Below, in pieces: positions 50,551 through 64,000 of a stretch of DNA of 64,000 nt. The stretch comes from Octopus sinensis (Eukaryota), in assembly GCF_006345805.1 (NCBI RefSeq), contig NC_042999.1, forward strand, positions 81,468,001 to 81,532,000. Direction: 5' to 3'. Positions within the stretch are counted from its first letter, which is position 1, and each line of letters opens with the position of its first letter. A model generated the notes under the pieces. That model was not told the DNA's origin. It made no database searches and worked only from the letters and a program-made list of their open reading frames with translations. The position numbers were made by a program, and so were the translations under genes.

Positions 50551-51510
50551 GAAAATGGCAGAAAGTTTAAATCATTTTCAGTTTCCATATTGTGAAAATA
50601 CTAGCTATAAAATTATAGATAACGAACAGTTAATGAACAGAGAAAATGAAATAATATATATGTATCAGAAAATCCCATTTGTAGCTTCTCGGCCACACGA
50701 TGCCGCCACTATTATCCATTTATGCATTCACAATATGGGCTTCCTGTCTCCAAGGGTTTCATAATAAAGACAATAGTGTTTCACCTTCTTAAACAATTTA
50801 CCTTGTCTTGGATATTTTCTTTTAAATACTCCAAACAACTACATGTTATTTCGTTAATAGATGCATAGCGGTAATATTTAATATGCTTTAATAAATAAGT
50901 AAGTAATTAATAACTGATAACATCTCCAAAGCAACACGTACTTAAGGTGTTGAAAGGTCGCTGCTATCGTGATAAAAGAAATCACATGTATAATTTCTCA
51001 CCCAAAATTTAATAAATTTTGGAAGAATTAACTTTGCACATATACCCCTATTAACATACAGGAATTGTGTTTCATTTTCACATTAAAAGAAAATAACATT
51101 TAGGAAGACAAATGGATAATTATAGTGAAATTTAAGGCTTCTTTAATTGTTACTTTCTTGCCACTGAACCTAAAAGTCTGTTGGGATTATTGTTAAGGCT
51201 TTTATTTAAAAATTGTTTATTATGTGATTATCGCTTTTTAAATAACAATGTGTATGATACATATAAGGATCGGGTTCTTAAACTTGAATAATTAATAACA
51301 CGTAAAAAGATTTTTAACCGTAAATTGAGCATTTTCACAAGTGTTTGTGGTACTATTTTACCGGTAGATAATTATACATTCACAATTCGACTATCACGAA
51401 GTAGATTCATATATATAAGAAAATTTAATTACTTGATTTCAAAATCTCCCATTCTAATTATAAGTGTAATGAGCCTAATTTATCATGACCACGTCATTTC
51501 CCATTGACAG

Positions 51511-51586
51511 CAAAAGGCTGAAGGAAATCTAAGAATATTACACGAAGTTGCAGTTTTCCTCATTGTGAAATCGAAACCAAAACCAC
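51511..51586 (+). CDS. Candidate host-gene internal exon (QKAEGNLRILHEVAVFLIVKSKPKP), product unknown
   Basis: Acceptor tttcccattgacag| and donor |gtaagg; only one open frame; ends in phase 1. Confidence 0.35.
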
Positions 51587-52574
51587 GTAAGGCGAAATCT
51601 ACCTCCCTCACATGATTCATGACTAACATGTGATTCATTGATATCTTTCTGAAAGAAAAAGTCTGTATACTTAACATGAACTTAGCTCAGCGCTAGAAGT
51701 CTTGCAGTGAAATGCAATATTTAAGACGTGCTTTCCGCAAAGAGAATAGGGGGATATTTTTTATTGCCCGATGAAATTCGTCAAGGGATCTGCAATCAAT
51801 CATAAAGATCAATTTTAGAATTCCGGCTGCATTACGTGTCAGCAGGTTATCAATTTGCTGTGGCTTTATTGTAGAAAAGTGACGTAATTATGGAAACACT
51901 TCTATAACAAAGTTTGCTGCTTTCACACTGTGAAAGACAAATGATAAGATGAAGTTGCTTAGGAAATTGAAATCTCATGTATACTGCATTTGTAATAACT
52001 TTGAGCAGTATTCTTGGAAGGCTTTTACTTTCTACATTTTTTAATATAGGAAACGTTATACTTTGAATTTTAAGATCAAATACGACTGTAATTCAATTTA
52101 GAATTTTTGTGTAAGATAATCTATGTAGATGTTGATATAAAATACATTCACCCCATGCATTTAATAACCAGTGGTTAGTGACACATTTTCAATGACCACT
52201 CTCAACTGTAGAGTTTATCTTCTTAGAGGTCATTATCTACCATATTCAGACAAAAATAACTCCCCATCGAGTCAACGCGGGAACTTTAACATAATTATAC
52301 GGCTAGGAGTTTAATTGAAATTAAATAATCACACTATCTTAAACGTCCATAAATTAATTCGATATTGTAACCACATATACGCCAGAAAGTCAGGAAAACG
52401 AGAGAGGAAAACATCTGATCACCAACAATACGAATCTCAAAAATACTCTTTATATTCTCGTAACCGGACATGTATATGTACATATATCCATTACTCGCCT
52501 GGAATATAGCTGAATATGAATGTGAAAGATTTCTCCAATTTGATAATTAAAGATTTGTGTTTTTATATTTATAG

Positions 52575-52696
52575 GTGGGCTTATCTTTGATGTTTTTATA
52601 GATGGTAAATTTGTCCTGAATGCTTACTCCGGAGGGTATTCTATGGATGCAACATGGAAAAGAAATGAGTTATGTGATAGTAAAGATGGATATTAG
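52575..52696 (+). CDS. Candidate terminal coding exon (RGLIFDVFIDGKFVLNAYSGGYSMDATWKRNELCDSKDGY*), product unknown
   Basis: Acceptor tttttatatttatag|; phase compatible with 51511-51586. Confidence 0.35.
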
Positions 52697-55666
52697 CATG
52701 TATATGACTCTTCGATGCACCATCGTTGTCGTGCACTGCCGAAGTAATGGCAGTAAAAATAGAATTCCATATCTGATCACAGGAATCAGATATGGCTTAG
52801 AGTATCATAACAGATTTTAATTCCAGTTTTTCAAAATAAAATCAAGTAAGACATGAAATTAAATGTTTTGTCTTTTTCGCCATAGGCTGAACTTTAAAAT
52901 AACACTCTTTAGACAAACAGCAAATTATAACTCATATGCTGCATGACTATAAGCAAGGTATTAAATTAAACTCTCATAATAGTGAAACTACAAAATTATA
53001 AGCTATTACATTTCTTCAGCTTTTTCTAATATGTAAGTCATCTGTTCTATCCTCTCTTTAATGATTTTAAATAGTTTATTTCATAATAAAAACAGTGTTT
53101 ATTACTTTCTTCCGAAAAACATCGACCCTTTCTCATAAACTACATGCTCAATAAAAGCTAATACCACTCGGCTGTATGTAATCTGTTTTCTATTCTTTCA
53201 AATTTTTATTAACATCACTGCCAAATTCACGAAACGACGAGAGCAAAAACCCTCAGTCATTAATCTTAGAATTTCAGATAATGTTCTATTGTTTTCCAAT
53301 GTTGTATACTGAAATCTGGTAATTTTCTAAAAGTTGATTAAATATAATTCAATGTGCAGTCTCCAAATAATATTTAAACATATATAACTATGTTCTATCT
53401 TCGAAGCAAATATTAAAAGCTAAAGCAATATTATGACTTTCACTAAGAACTGAAATCATTTCATTCAAAATTGAAATAATTTTCAATTCCTATTGTTTAC
53501 CCTGATACTATCGACAAAACAACTTCGAATAGCTAGAAAACTTTCCGGTACGCTTGCTGTTATGCATAAATATCTCCACAAATGCTGTTACTATTCGCTT
53601 TCTCAACTCTGTGTATATCTATGATCGAAACATTCCAACCCTATCAATATGAACATTTTAGCGGATGCGAAAATATTATATAATCTGTAGCGTTTATATA
53701 AACGGCAGAGGCTATTTTGAGAAACATGCATCTGGTATTTCTAACAATTTAATCGACTAATCATATCAAGTCTTCTTTGTTGGCCTGATTATACATAAAA
53801 TTATTTTAGCTATTGCTGGAAGACACTTATGACCACGTAACTTACCGTCTTTTCTGAAAACGTCCATTGATGGAGCCTCAAACTTGTTTGATGTCACAAG
53901 AGAACTATCAGCTAAATGACTCTCGTGTCGCGCATTGGTGTCTTCACGACTACATACTATTTACTTGCTGGAAGTTATTATGATGTATTATACTAGATAC
54001 TAAAACTGAAAATAGAACAAATATTATACTATCGGCTGATATATAAGTAGGAAGTAATTTCACTTGCAATTATCAGTATGCAAAATAGGCCAAGATTTTA
54101 AACCTGCTGGTAAACAGGCTCCTCTATTTATTAAGTTGTGCAGTGACAACTCGGTACAAACGGTAGCATAATCGTCGAGAATGCATACATGCACAGTTTA
54201 TAGGGACGTAATATAGGGACGTGTTTGGTATCTGTTTCGATCTGGCTTGGACCACAGCTGTGGAAGCTTAATGAAAGAGTGAGGATCAATGCTGAAGTAG
54301 AGTGGTGTGCTGAAGTGATGATTGTGTGCTTTTAAAATGTTTCTAAGTTTTCCGGTTGGCTGGCCAAGTTATAGAGTTGACATGGAAAAGAGAGGAAATA
54401 GTGTTCTGTGATGTAAGGGCTGAAATAGTGTGTCTGTGATGTAAACTCTGAGTACTCTCCTGCTTGACAGCTATGGGGACCTCATTTAGAGTAAAATCTA
54501 TCATTTATACATCTGTAGCGGCTGTAGCGGCGTTCATTCTGCGGAAAGAGTATTTTGTTTTGTGATGCGTGTAAATTTTGCAGAGAGAGATCACATATTC
54601 ATGGTTGAATGATACTAATGAGATTTCGAGACGCGAGGCGCATGATAAAGCTATAATGTGAATGGGAATTCTCAAGGAGAGCTAGTGACATTTAAGTTTT
54701 ATTCAATATTGTACCAGTCAGGCAGTTTTCACTTAGGGCACGATCATGCAGGCTCACAAGAAAGCTTCACAATAGATTGAAAGATTCACGAAAGACGTAC
54801 GTAATGAGTTTAGGTAAGAGTTTCCGAGGTAAATACAGCTATAAACTACATATATCTAAGTACAATGAGTTTGCTGTCTCCGAAATTATAAAGCGCCGGA
54901 AACAGTTGTTAAGTAACGCACGGGGATACATATTACATACAAAAACTTGTTTCGTATCTAATAGTTTGAAACTGGTTTGAAACTAACCACTGAGATTGAA
55001 GATGTTGAAGACTGTAATTGTTAATGATTCATTTATCACTTTTCACTATGTGAAAAAATTACCAAGTTTACAATAATCAGGATATATTCAAGTAGATTTA
55101 TAAAGCGCATAACGGTTTAGAATAAAGCAGAACTATCTCAGGAGTCCACTGTTGTAATGCAACATAAATAACACATGCTGAGTAATATTAATGAATTAAG
55201 AGTAGATAATTTGTTGTATGCGAATGCGTGGCTGTGATTGTATATCTCTGAGAGTTAGTTCAATGTGAATCCTGATACTATTAGTTTGACAAATGAATAG
55301 TATACACGTCTCTAAAGAGGTCTAATAAGAACAAAACAAACTCGTTGCTTTCATCAATTCGTTCTTGAGTCTAGCTTCTCATCATTCTTCATCGTTATTA
55401 TGATTCAAATGTTCCAGCACACCGATTATTTTCAGTTACTCGAATTGGTTGAGTCCTTTATAATCTTATAGTATGTTTCTTAATTAATTTTCTAGTTACA
55501 GCATTTTGTCAAGTATCTTAACGTATAATATCAGTGAAATGAAACTTGTCAAATTATTACGTAAGTTACGCCTGACCATGTTTGTGTATAGTGACCAAAC
55601 GCGCGATGTTCCAACCAAGAATATCGTTCCTAGTCATAATCTCATATGTATGAATGTATTTATGTG

Positions 55667-55740
<74 letters not shown>

Positions 55741-55961
55741 TGTGTGAGAGAGTATCTACATATGCATAGATGCGTATCTATACGTATATATTTGCATACA
55801 CGCGCACACATGCGCGAACGCAATTTACTTACGTATATGCGTACAAACGTACACACATACATACTAGTCACACATATATATATATATATACATACATATA
55901 TATATATATACATAAATGTATATATATATATATATATACATACATATATGTATATATATAT

Positions 55962-56024
<63 letters not shown>

Positions 56025-56694
56025 TATATACATAAATGTATATATATATATATATTCTCAGATCTCTATGTCTAATTACATATTAGCATTTGGAAAGATG
56101 TTTTATGTATGTTGTCATTGCAGTAGTCTCACTTTATGAAGTTTTGAAATCACCGCATTTGAAATAAAGATTTTAAATTATGATAACAAGTTTGCGTAAT
56201 AAAACTGTGTATAATAATGCATATATAATGTAAGACGTAAATTTACGCTCGGGCTGATGAGTTTTAGTGTATGTAATATATTAGTGAAGCAAGGTAGTGA
56301 ATGTAACAGTACTATCTGGAATATGAAGAATAATTAAGGAAGCAAGATATCACAGTCACCTTTAGCTGGAGTTAAGTGTCGAAGGAACTGAAGTTATAAT
56401 AATAAACATGAACATAAGAATATTTATGTGAAAGTAAAGTGCGAATTCGTAGGCTGTACGTAGTCTCTATTGTCTTACGTAGATTAACTATCTGCGCGTT
56501 CGTATACGCGCACACGCGAGCATCTATAAATCCAGCTGCTTGCACATAGATACTCTCCATATTTTTGCAAATATATACAAATATGTGGGCATATATGTAT
56601 ATATATATAATCCAAACGGGAAACAAAAAAACAACAACAATGGAACAATTACAGTATTATTATTAATAGGCGCTCAGGAAATGGAAGCAGGGAG

Positions 56695-56729
56695 GTATGA
56701 CGTTTCGAGCGGAGCTCTTCGTCGGCAAC
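56695..56729 (-). ncRNA. Degenerate minimal hammerhead motif in a probable Penelope-like terminal repeat (~56650-56850)
   Basis: Minus strand gttg-CCGACGA-a-GAGC(tcc)GCTC-GAAA-CG-TC-atac; U4>C, weak stem I. Confidence 0.55.
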
Positions 56730-57369
56730 ATAAAGAAGGATCCCAGAGCGGGCAACAGGGATAGAGAAAAAAAACGACTGGTGTTTACGAGTTGCACATG
56801 GTGAAAGGCGGATGTTTACGATAACAAGAGCAAAGTAGGTTTCTAAAGGCAAAAGAGGAGACAGGTTGGTAACGCACAGATGTGTGTGTATGTGTGAGTG
56901 TGTGCGTGTGCGTGTGTGTATGTGTGTGTGTGAGGCGAGATAAAAAAAATATATATGTATGTGTTAGTGTGTGCGTCTGTGTGTAGGCGTGTGAGGTAGG
57001 GCGAGACAGTGGTCATCATAGCAGACAAAGGTCAGTATAGTAGAAAAGAAGAAGGAGAAGGGAGGGAGGGGAAGGGGTGGGGCGTATGTAGCGTGCCAGC
57101 GTGTGTTGAGTAGTAGTGTGTGTGTGTCAGTGTCGTGGTAGTATTAATGGCGAGTAGATTGAATGTGTGTAAGAGTAATGTATATATTTAAGCAATGTGT
57201 GTATATGTGTGCGCGTGTGTGTAACGAAAAAGGGGGGGGTAAGGAAAAAGGACTCCAGCTGAGGGGGTGATGGTAAAGTGGTCCCGCGGAGACGGGCGTG
57301 GGAAGACCCAACGACACGCGACGGTCCCAGGAACGGGCGGGGGGTCTCGTCGGGTCCAAGAGCGAGGTG

Positions 57370-58800
57370 CATGCGGCGCGTATGCGTGCGCGAACCGGCG
57401 CAAGCGCGTGTGTGCGCGCGCCTGCGAGTATGCGCGTAAGTATGTATGTGTGTGGATGTGTGAGTGTGTCTGTGTGTATGTCTGGTTGGCAGTGTGTCCG
57501 ATGAATGTATGTGAGTATGTGTGTATATATGTGTGTGCATAGATGTATGTCCGTGTGTGTGTGTGTGTGTGTATGTGTATGAGTGTGTATGTATGTACGT
57601 GTGGGTGTGGGGAAGTGTGTGTATGTGCATGTGTGTGCGCGTACATACAGGTGTGTGAGTGAGTGTGTGTGTGTGTGTGTATGTATGTGTGAGTGTGTAT
57701 GTATGTGTGTGTAGGATGCATGTATGTGTATGGGTGTATGTATGCGTGTGTGTATGTATGTATGTGTACGTGCGTGTGTGTGTGTGTATGCGTGTAGGTG
57801 TGCGCGTGTGCATGCATGCATGCATGTGCGTATGTGTGTGTGTGTGCATGTGTGTGGCTATATATGTATGTGCGTATATGTGTGTGTATGTGCGTACATG
57901 TGTGTGTGTATGCATGTGTGTGTATGTAGGTGTGTAGGCGTGTGTATATAGGTGTATATATGTAAGTATGTATGGGTGTGTCCGTGTATGTGTTGTGTAA
58001 GTATGTGTAGTATGTAGGTGTGTGGGCGTGTGTATATGTGTGTGTATGTAGGTGTGTGTGGGCGTGTGTATATAGGTGTATGTATGTATGTCTGGGTGTG
58101 TCCGTGCATGTTTGTGTGTGTGTGTGTGTATGCATGTGTATGTAGGTGTGTGTGTACGTTTGTATGTATGGGTGTATGCGTGTGTATGCGTGCGTGTGTG
58201 TATGTAGGTGCGTGTGTATGTGTGTGGGAGTGTAGGTGTGTGTGTGCGTGTGCGTGTTTATGTTGGTGTGTGCGTATGTGAGTGTGAGTGTATGGGTGTT
58301 TGTCATGCATGTGTGTGCGCGTGCAGGTGAGTGTGTTGTGTAAGTATGTGTGTGTGTATGTTTGTGTGAGTGTGTATGTGTGTATGTCTGTGTGTATGTA
58401 TGTGCGTATAGGAGTATGTAGGTATGTGTGTGTGTATGTATATGGGTGTATGTATGTATGTGTGTGTGTGTGCATGTGTATAAGTATATGTGTGTGTGCG
58501 TATGTGTGTGTATGTGTTGTGTGTGTGTTTATGTATGTTTGTATGTATGTGTGTAGGCGTGGTGTGTGTAGATGTACGTATATATGTGTGTGTGTCTGTG
58601 TGTGTTTGTGTGTGTGTGTAGGTAGATGTGTGTGTCTGAGTGAGGTATGGCTGTGTAGGTGTATGTGTGTATGAATGTAAGTGTGTGTGTATACAAGTGT
58701 AATGTATGTATGTAGGTGTGTGTGTGTGTGGTGTGTATGTGTACGTGTGCGTGTGTATGTGTTGTGTGTATGCGTGTGAGTGTGAGGTGTATGGTGTATG
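57370..58800. repeat. ~1.4-kb degenerate (GT)/(GTAT)-rich low-complexity tract
   Basis: Directly visible; explains the His/Thr and Cys/Val ORFs. Confidence 0.95.
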
Positions 58801-58806
58801 TCTAAT

Positions 58807-58844
<38 letters not shown>

Positions 58845-58852
<8 letters not shown>

Positions 58853-59564
58853 CAACAATGTCCTTACCCCCAAACTTTTGTGAGTTGAATTAAGCAAACA
58901 CTATATATGAGAGAGATTTTCTTTAAGTATTAGAAATAGCTTTAAAAAAGTTTTTGGCTGCTATTTCTAATGAGTTCAGTATGCGGCAAAGTAATTTATT
59001 TTACTAAGCCCTTTTATATAATGTAATAATTTGAATTCGCCTTGAATGGTCCCTTTGCATACTGAACCTTGGTGAAATTGATTAATAATTAATTAATTTT
59101 GCCCTCAATTGTTGAAATTATAATTAATCTCCCTCTAATTATGCTTCGGATTTTACCGAAATAAGCATAGTGTTTGATGATTTTAACCCACGCTGGTGGA
59201 AAGGGGAGAACAGAGACTCTTCGCTTGCTTATTTGAATTTGTTGGCACTGTTAGTTGGAAGCAGATCTTCGAAAGGGTATGTTCTTATTTTCAGTGTTTC
59301 CAAATCCAAACCAAGGATTTCTGAGCCGGTGATAGAAATGTTGTTTTTGACTAATCTTGAAACGTACGTTCTCGAATAACCTTAGCATTTGATTTTTCGA
59401 TGTCCTTACCCCCAAACTTTGGTGAGTTGAATTAAGCAAACACTATATATGAGAGAGATTTTCTTTAAGTATTAGAAATAGCTTTAAAATGTTTTTTGGC
59501 TGCTATTTCTAATGAGTTCAGTATGCGGCAAAGTAATTTATTTTACTAAGCCCTTTTATATAAT
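58845..59564 (+). mobile_element. Retrozyme/pseudo-LTR-like element: 542-bp unit with 165-bp terminal direct repeats
   Basis: 58858-59022 is repeated at 59400-59564. A 15-bp inverted 5' arm (58845-58859 vs 59108-59122). Degenerate HHR at 59319-59376. (TA)n on both sides. Confidence 0.75.
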
Positions 59565-59665
59565 ATATATATATTATATATATATAACATTATTGGAGAA
59601 TTGAAAATATATATATATATATATATATAATTATATTATATATATATATATATTATATATATATA

Positions 59666-59736
<71 letters not shown>

Positions 59737-59754
59737 ATATATATATATATATTC

Positions 59755-59790
<36 letters not shown>

Positions 59791-60025
59791 ATATATATAA
59801 TATATAATTATATATATATATATATATATTCATATATATATATATATATATATACGTGTATGTGTGTGTGTGTATATATATACATATATGTATAAATCTA
59901 ATTAATATAATGTATGAGTATATTGTATATATATATATATGTATGTATATATATATAAACACATAGACACAGACACACAAACACACAGACACACAAACAC
60001 ACCACACACACACACACACACACCC

Positions 60026-60060
<35 letters not shown>

Positions 60061-60387
60061 GCAAATACACCTGCTTTCACGGACTCGTATATAAAACGCT
60101 AGATTGTGAATACCACATTATTGTAGTGTTGGATAAGTGCTATAAAGCAGATCATTTACGTAAACACAACTTTTCTCTCAGGTTTTGAGTTTCACGCCAT
60201 TGCTGTCTTTTGGTGTCACCTATTATGATCTCGCATTTGTGATATAGTTCAATATGTTTATTGTTAGTCATGCTTCGTATGGGTGTCTGTACTTTGCTCT
60301 CGCTGTATGGCTATTATTTCTGTTTCCCTAACTGGCTATTTTATGTAGCGTGCTGTATGTATCTCTCTCTCTCTCTCTCCCTCTCTC

Positions 60388-60418
<31 letters not shown>

Positions 60419-60465
60419 ATCTCACACATACACACACACTTATGTGCCTATGTATATATTATATA

Positions 60466-60519
<54 letters not shown>

Positions 60520-60839
60520 TATATGTGTGTGTATGTGTGTCTTTATGTATGTATGATTTATATATAACGGTTATGTTTGCATATATATTTATGTATAAAT
60601 GAACATAATGACAGCTCGAAAGATAGAGATGAGAGATAGACAGACAGATAGATATGAAGATGCAGAGAATGAGAGAGATATACAAGTATAAATATATATA
60701 CAGGCACGCAAATAACAATAATGCCTACATACGTATCTGTATAATAGCATTGTGTATTACATACAAGATGTACTCATTCCAGAAATTTTTAGACATTCAG
60801 AAGAGACATTCAATAATTTCAAATGAGTATATGTCTCTA

Positions 60840-61270
60840 ATCTTTTTGAAATAGGATTAATTGACTTCAATGCACATGTTTTAGCACTTCAATAAATTCA
60901 TGGAGGCCCTATTATAGTCCTCCAAATTGAAGATGTCAATTCTGTTGTTACAGACTCCTTCATCTTCTTCAACTAGGAGAATAATCAAATATCACGAGGA
61001 ACAAGTTCTCTACTGTAGGGAGTGTGAGGGCCAATTCTGTAGCTCATCACTGTAAGAAAGTCGGTCACTAGGATGGAATTGGAGATTAGTGTACTGTCCC
61101 GGCTCAAGTGGTTTTGTCTTTTGCAGTGAAATCTCTTCCTGACCTCCATCAAAATCTCCACAATGTACTATTTGTTCACCGTCAGTCCAGCGGCAACATA
61201 GTTCTTGTAGATGACGCTCTTTCTCTCAAAACAAATGCATTACCATTAGATTTTCAGTAAGCTTTACATT
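60840..61270 (-). mobile_element. Mariner transposase C-terminal remnant
   Basis: GLTVNK*YIVEIL, PHTPYSRELVPRDI*LFS*LKK (the HPPYSPDLAP motif) and MCIEVN*SYFK. Confidence 0.75.
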
Positions 61271-61603
61271 CATAGAGCGTTGTACTAGCGAAAAATAGAA
61301 GCTCGGCTCATACGAGTTAATCCATAAGGTTTTGTAGCATTTTCCCCCATTTTAACATAAAAGATTATTGCCTAATGAGCGTCAAAACTGTATTCACATA
61401 TCGGCTACACTGTGCAAACTGTGACAAAGTGTTTAGTAGGGTTCATTTGGAGTACTTTTACAACTGCCTTCATTTATCTGGCGTAACAAAAATTGGTAGA
61501 GCATCTTATTAGATAAATAGTAAGGATATAATAAAATTATAATAATCTATGACAGTTAAACTAGCCTCTATCAAAACGATCACCAAACTTCTGAATACAC
61601 CTC

Positions 61604-61686
<83 letters not shown>

Positions 61687-63177
61687 GGAATAATAAGACA
61701 ATCAGAATATTGGAGAATATATATTTTTTTACTTTACACTTTTACGCTTTCTTCAGTTATCGGATTTATCAAAAATTAGTTAGATTCTTTGGCGTTTTTA
61801 TATGTAAAAGGTTTTGTGGGTTTTGCCAAGCAAGGGAAAAGAAAGAGAAAAAAATTGAGAAGGAGTGGGAGGTAAAGAGGCATGAATTTTGCATTGGTAT
61901 GGCCAGTCTTGCTTGTTTAATATTTAGTGGCGTTTTTAGGTGGGGAAGGTAAATTTTTGTTTTTCAATTGGTCAAGGTTTTAACTGATAAACCAGATGTT
62001 GCTTTTGACTCGCTTCAGTAAAAATCATAATTGCATTTCCAGGTCTTGTTCTTTTGTATTCACTAACGGATAGTTGTACGGATGCGATCAACTTTTTTTG
62101 ATAATGATAAGTAAACATGACTTTTCTACAAAAAATATGAATATATATACATATATTTATTTACGTTTTATTTACATTTTAAGATTTTGTGGGTCTCCCC
62201 GTCTATATATTTGAATATGAGCTCCAGCATGATCCGCACCCGAGGGAAACTAGTTAAAGAATAAAACAGTAAAATGGGATTCCTCTGATTATACCCGAAA
62301 CCTATTTTCGCTAATTTATCTGTGCATATTGATACGGAACCTACAGTGTATGGTGACTTATTTTTAAGGGAATTATAGTAGAGCGTCTTAGTCTGTAGTT
62401 GGTCATCATTTCTTCTCTTATTCAATAAGCTACTAAATGTTTTATATACTATCCCTTTTACATAACATTTATTATATTTTAATATTCAATAAATTCGCTA
62501 CCGCCGGTTTAGAACCACGTACAAACATACGCGCACACACATGCAAAATGTTTGTCATTACATTATTCTAGTAGGGTCGTTAGATATGATTCACAGCTTA
62601 TTGCGATTATTAAAAGTTCCAGATATAAAGGATTGCTTGCATAGCATTGCTAGACATGCCAACAGACTGTCTTGTATTTATTAGTCATAACGCATCCTAC
62701 ATTTCAAACCCATTATTTACGAGGTAATAACATGCAAGGCATTCCATTATGGGAAGCGATTTAAGCGTTATCAGACATAACAGCTTCCATGTACGAAGGA
62801 CCTTTTGCGATGTATATTTGCCGTTAGAATATAAAACTAACGATAGCAAGAGCAAGTGTGAGTTTTTATTCATGGAGTAGATTATGATTTCTTTGTTCGA
62901 TATTAGAAACAGAATCTAATAAGAAGTTCGTGTCGTTGACGCTGTAGTTTTATTTAATAAATCTGCCTAATATTCTAACTTAAGCGTATATTTGAAGATA
63001 GCGCAACCAAAATGGTAAGCTAGTTACGTAATATAACTCAAACGGATAACTGTAAATTCTGTAGCAAAAGTACGATTCAAATGTAGCTTTTATATAACTT
63101 CACTTAAATGTACGTTTCATAAATTGTCGGAGCAAATAGTGCACTTTCTGCATGGAAATAAACAAATGAGCGTCTTT

Positions 63178-63547
63178 GAGTGGTTGTATGGTAAGTAGCT
63201 TGCTTACGAACCACATGGTTCCAGGTTCAGTTCCACTGCGTGGCACCTTGGGCAGCTGTCTTCTACTATAGATTCGGGCCGACCAAAGTCTTGTGAGTGG
63301 ATTTGGTAGACGGGAACTGAAAGAAGCCCGTCGTATATATGTATATGTATGTATATGTGTGTGTGTGTGTTTGTGTGTATGTGTTTGTCCCGCCAACATC
63401 GCTTCACAACTGATGCTGGTGTGTTTACGTCCCCGAAACTTAGTGGTTCGGCATAAGAGAACGATAGAATAAGTACTAGGCTTCCAAAAAATAAGTCTTG
63501 GAGACCATGTGCAAGACTAAAAGAAGTAAAAGAGTAAAAGAGTAAAT
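63178..63547 (+). mobile_element. tRNA-derived SINE with internal (TA)/(TG) linker
   Basis: Head gagtggttgtatggtaagtagcttgctt..ggttcagttccactgcgtggcaccttgggc; 3' half shared with 44590; (aaagagt)n tail. Confidence 0.85.
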
Positions 63548-64000
63548 GCAAAAGTAGAACTTTTCTTCAATTGGAAATTTTATTTCATTTTCATCACCCT
63601 GTCCTTCGTCTGAACCTTCATTCTTTAACATTATCGGAAAATTTTGTAATCGCAAAATATGTCTTTTGAAAATCACATTATATAATGATCTTTTTAATAA
63701 CAGTCTCCCAGTGACTTTGAGTTACTAGTATTATGGTGATCTCACTGCATTAAGATCAAATGCAAGATATATAGGTGCAACTTCTGTCATGACAAATACA
63801 CAAAAAATCTTTCTCTATGCTCATCGTGAGATAAGAGTTGGGATTCGTAAGCTAATGCTCCGCTATTCATTAGGAAAAGCGTAGCAACTAAATAATATAT
63901 GGTTCGAACTTGACAGCAGGTACCATTTTTGCGTTATCAAGCGAAACCATATTGTGAAGCGATGTTTGTATTTTCTTTGTTTGGGGAAAATACTGCAAAA

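Noticed and set aside
54100-54500. Possible very old Penelope-like linker/GIY-YIG remnant on the minus strand, with small tandem duplications
   Set aside because: Motif similarity is too weak to support by eye.
57127-58674. Long His/Thr/Tyr- and Cys/Val-rich ORFs (up to 372 aa)
   Set aside because: Translation of GT/AC low-complexity DNA that lacks stop codons.
61690-62510. Possible Penelope-like 5' region on the minus strand next to (TA)n
   Set aside because: No diagnostic RT, GIY-YIG or complete HHR motif could be read.

Overview
AT-rich, microsatellite-dense eukaryotic DNA. The SINE, LINE and microsatellite mix looks like a cephalopod (Octopus-like) genome; this is an inference. There are no prokaryotic genes, rRNA, true tRNA genes or CRISPR arrays, and most listed ORFs are translated microsatellites. 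The window is a layered mix of transposon copies: R4/Dong-type and HERO-type RLE LINE fragments in (AAT)n, CR1-like LINEs, a decayed Penelope-like element (RT + GIY-YIG), tRNA-derived SINEs and mariner remnants, plus two candidate host exons near 51.5-52.7 kb. The main hidden signal is about 13 hammerhead-ribozyme (HHR) motifs in about 7 unrelated repeat families, several embedded in (TA)n. The four most notable are: (i) a 3 x 352-bp tandem array at 47783-48865 with a complete type I hammerhead in each unit (retrozyme/circular-RNA-like); (ii) a near-intact CR1-like EN-RT ORF (12.8-15.7 kb) enclosed by HHR-bearing direct repeats with an inverted 5' arm; (iii) a 330-bp palindrome carrying a hammerhead on each strand; (iv) a 542-bp retrozyme-like unit at 59 kb. 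All pairings and translations were read by eye, and element boundaries are approximate.
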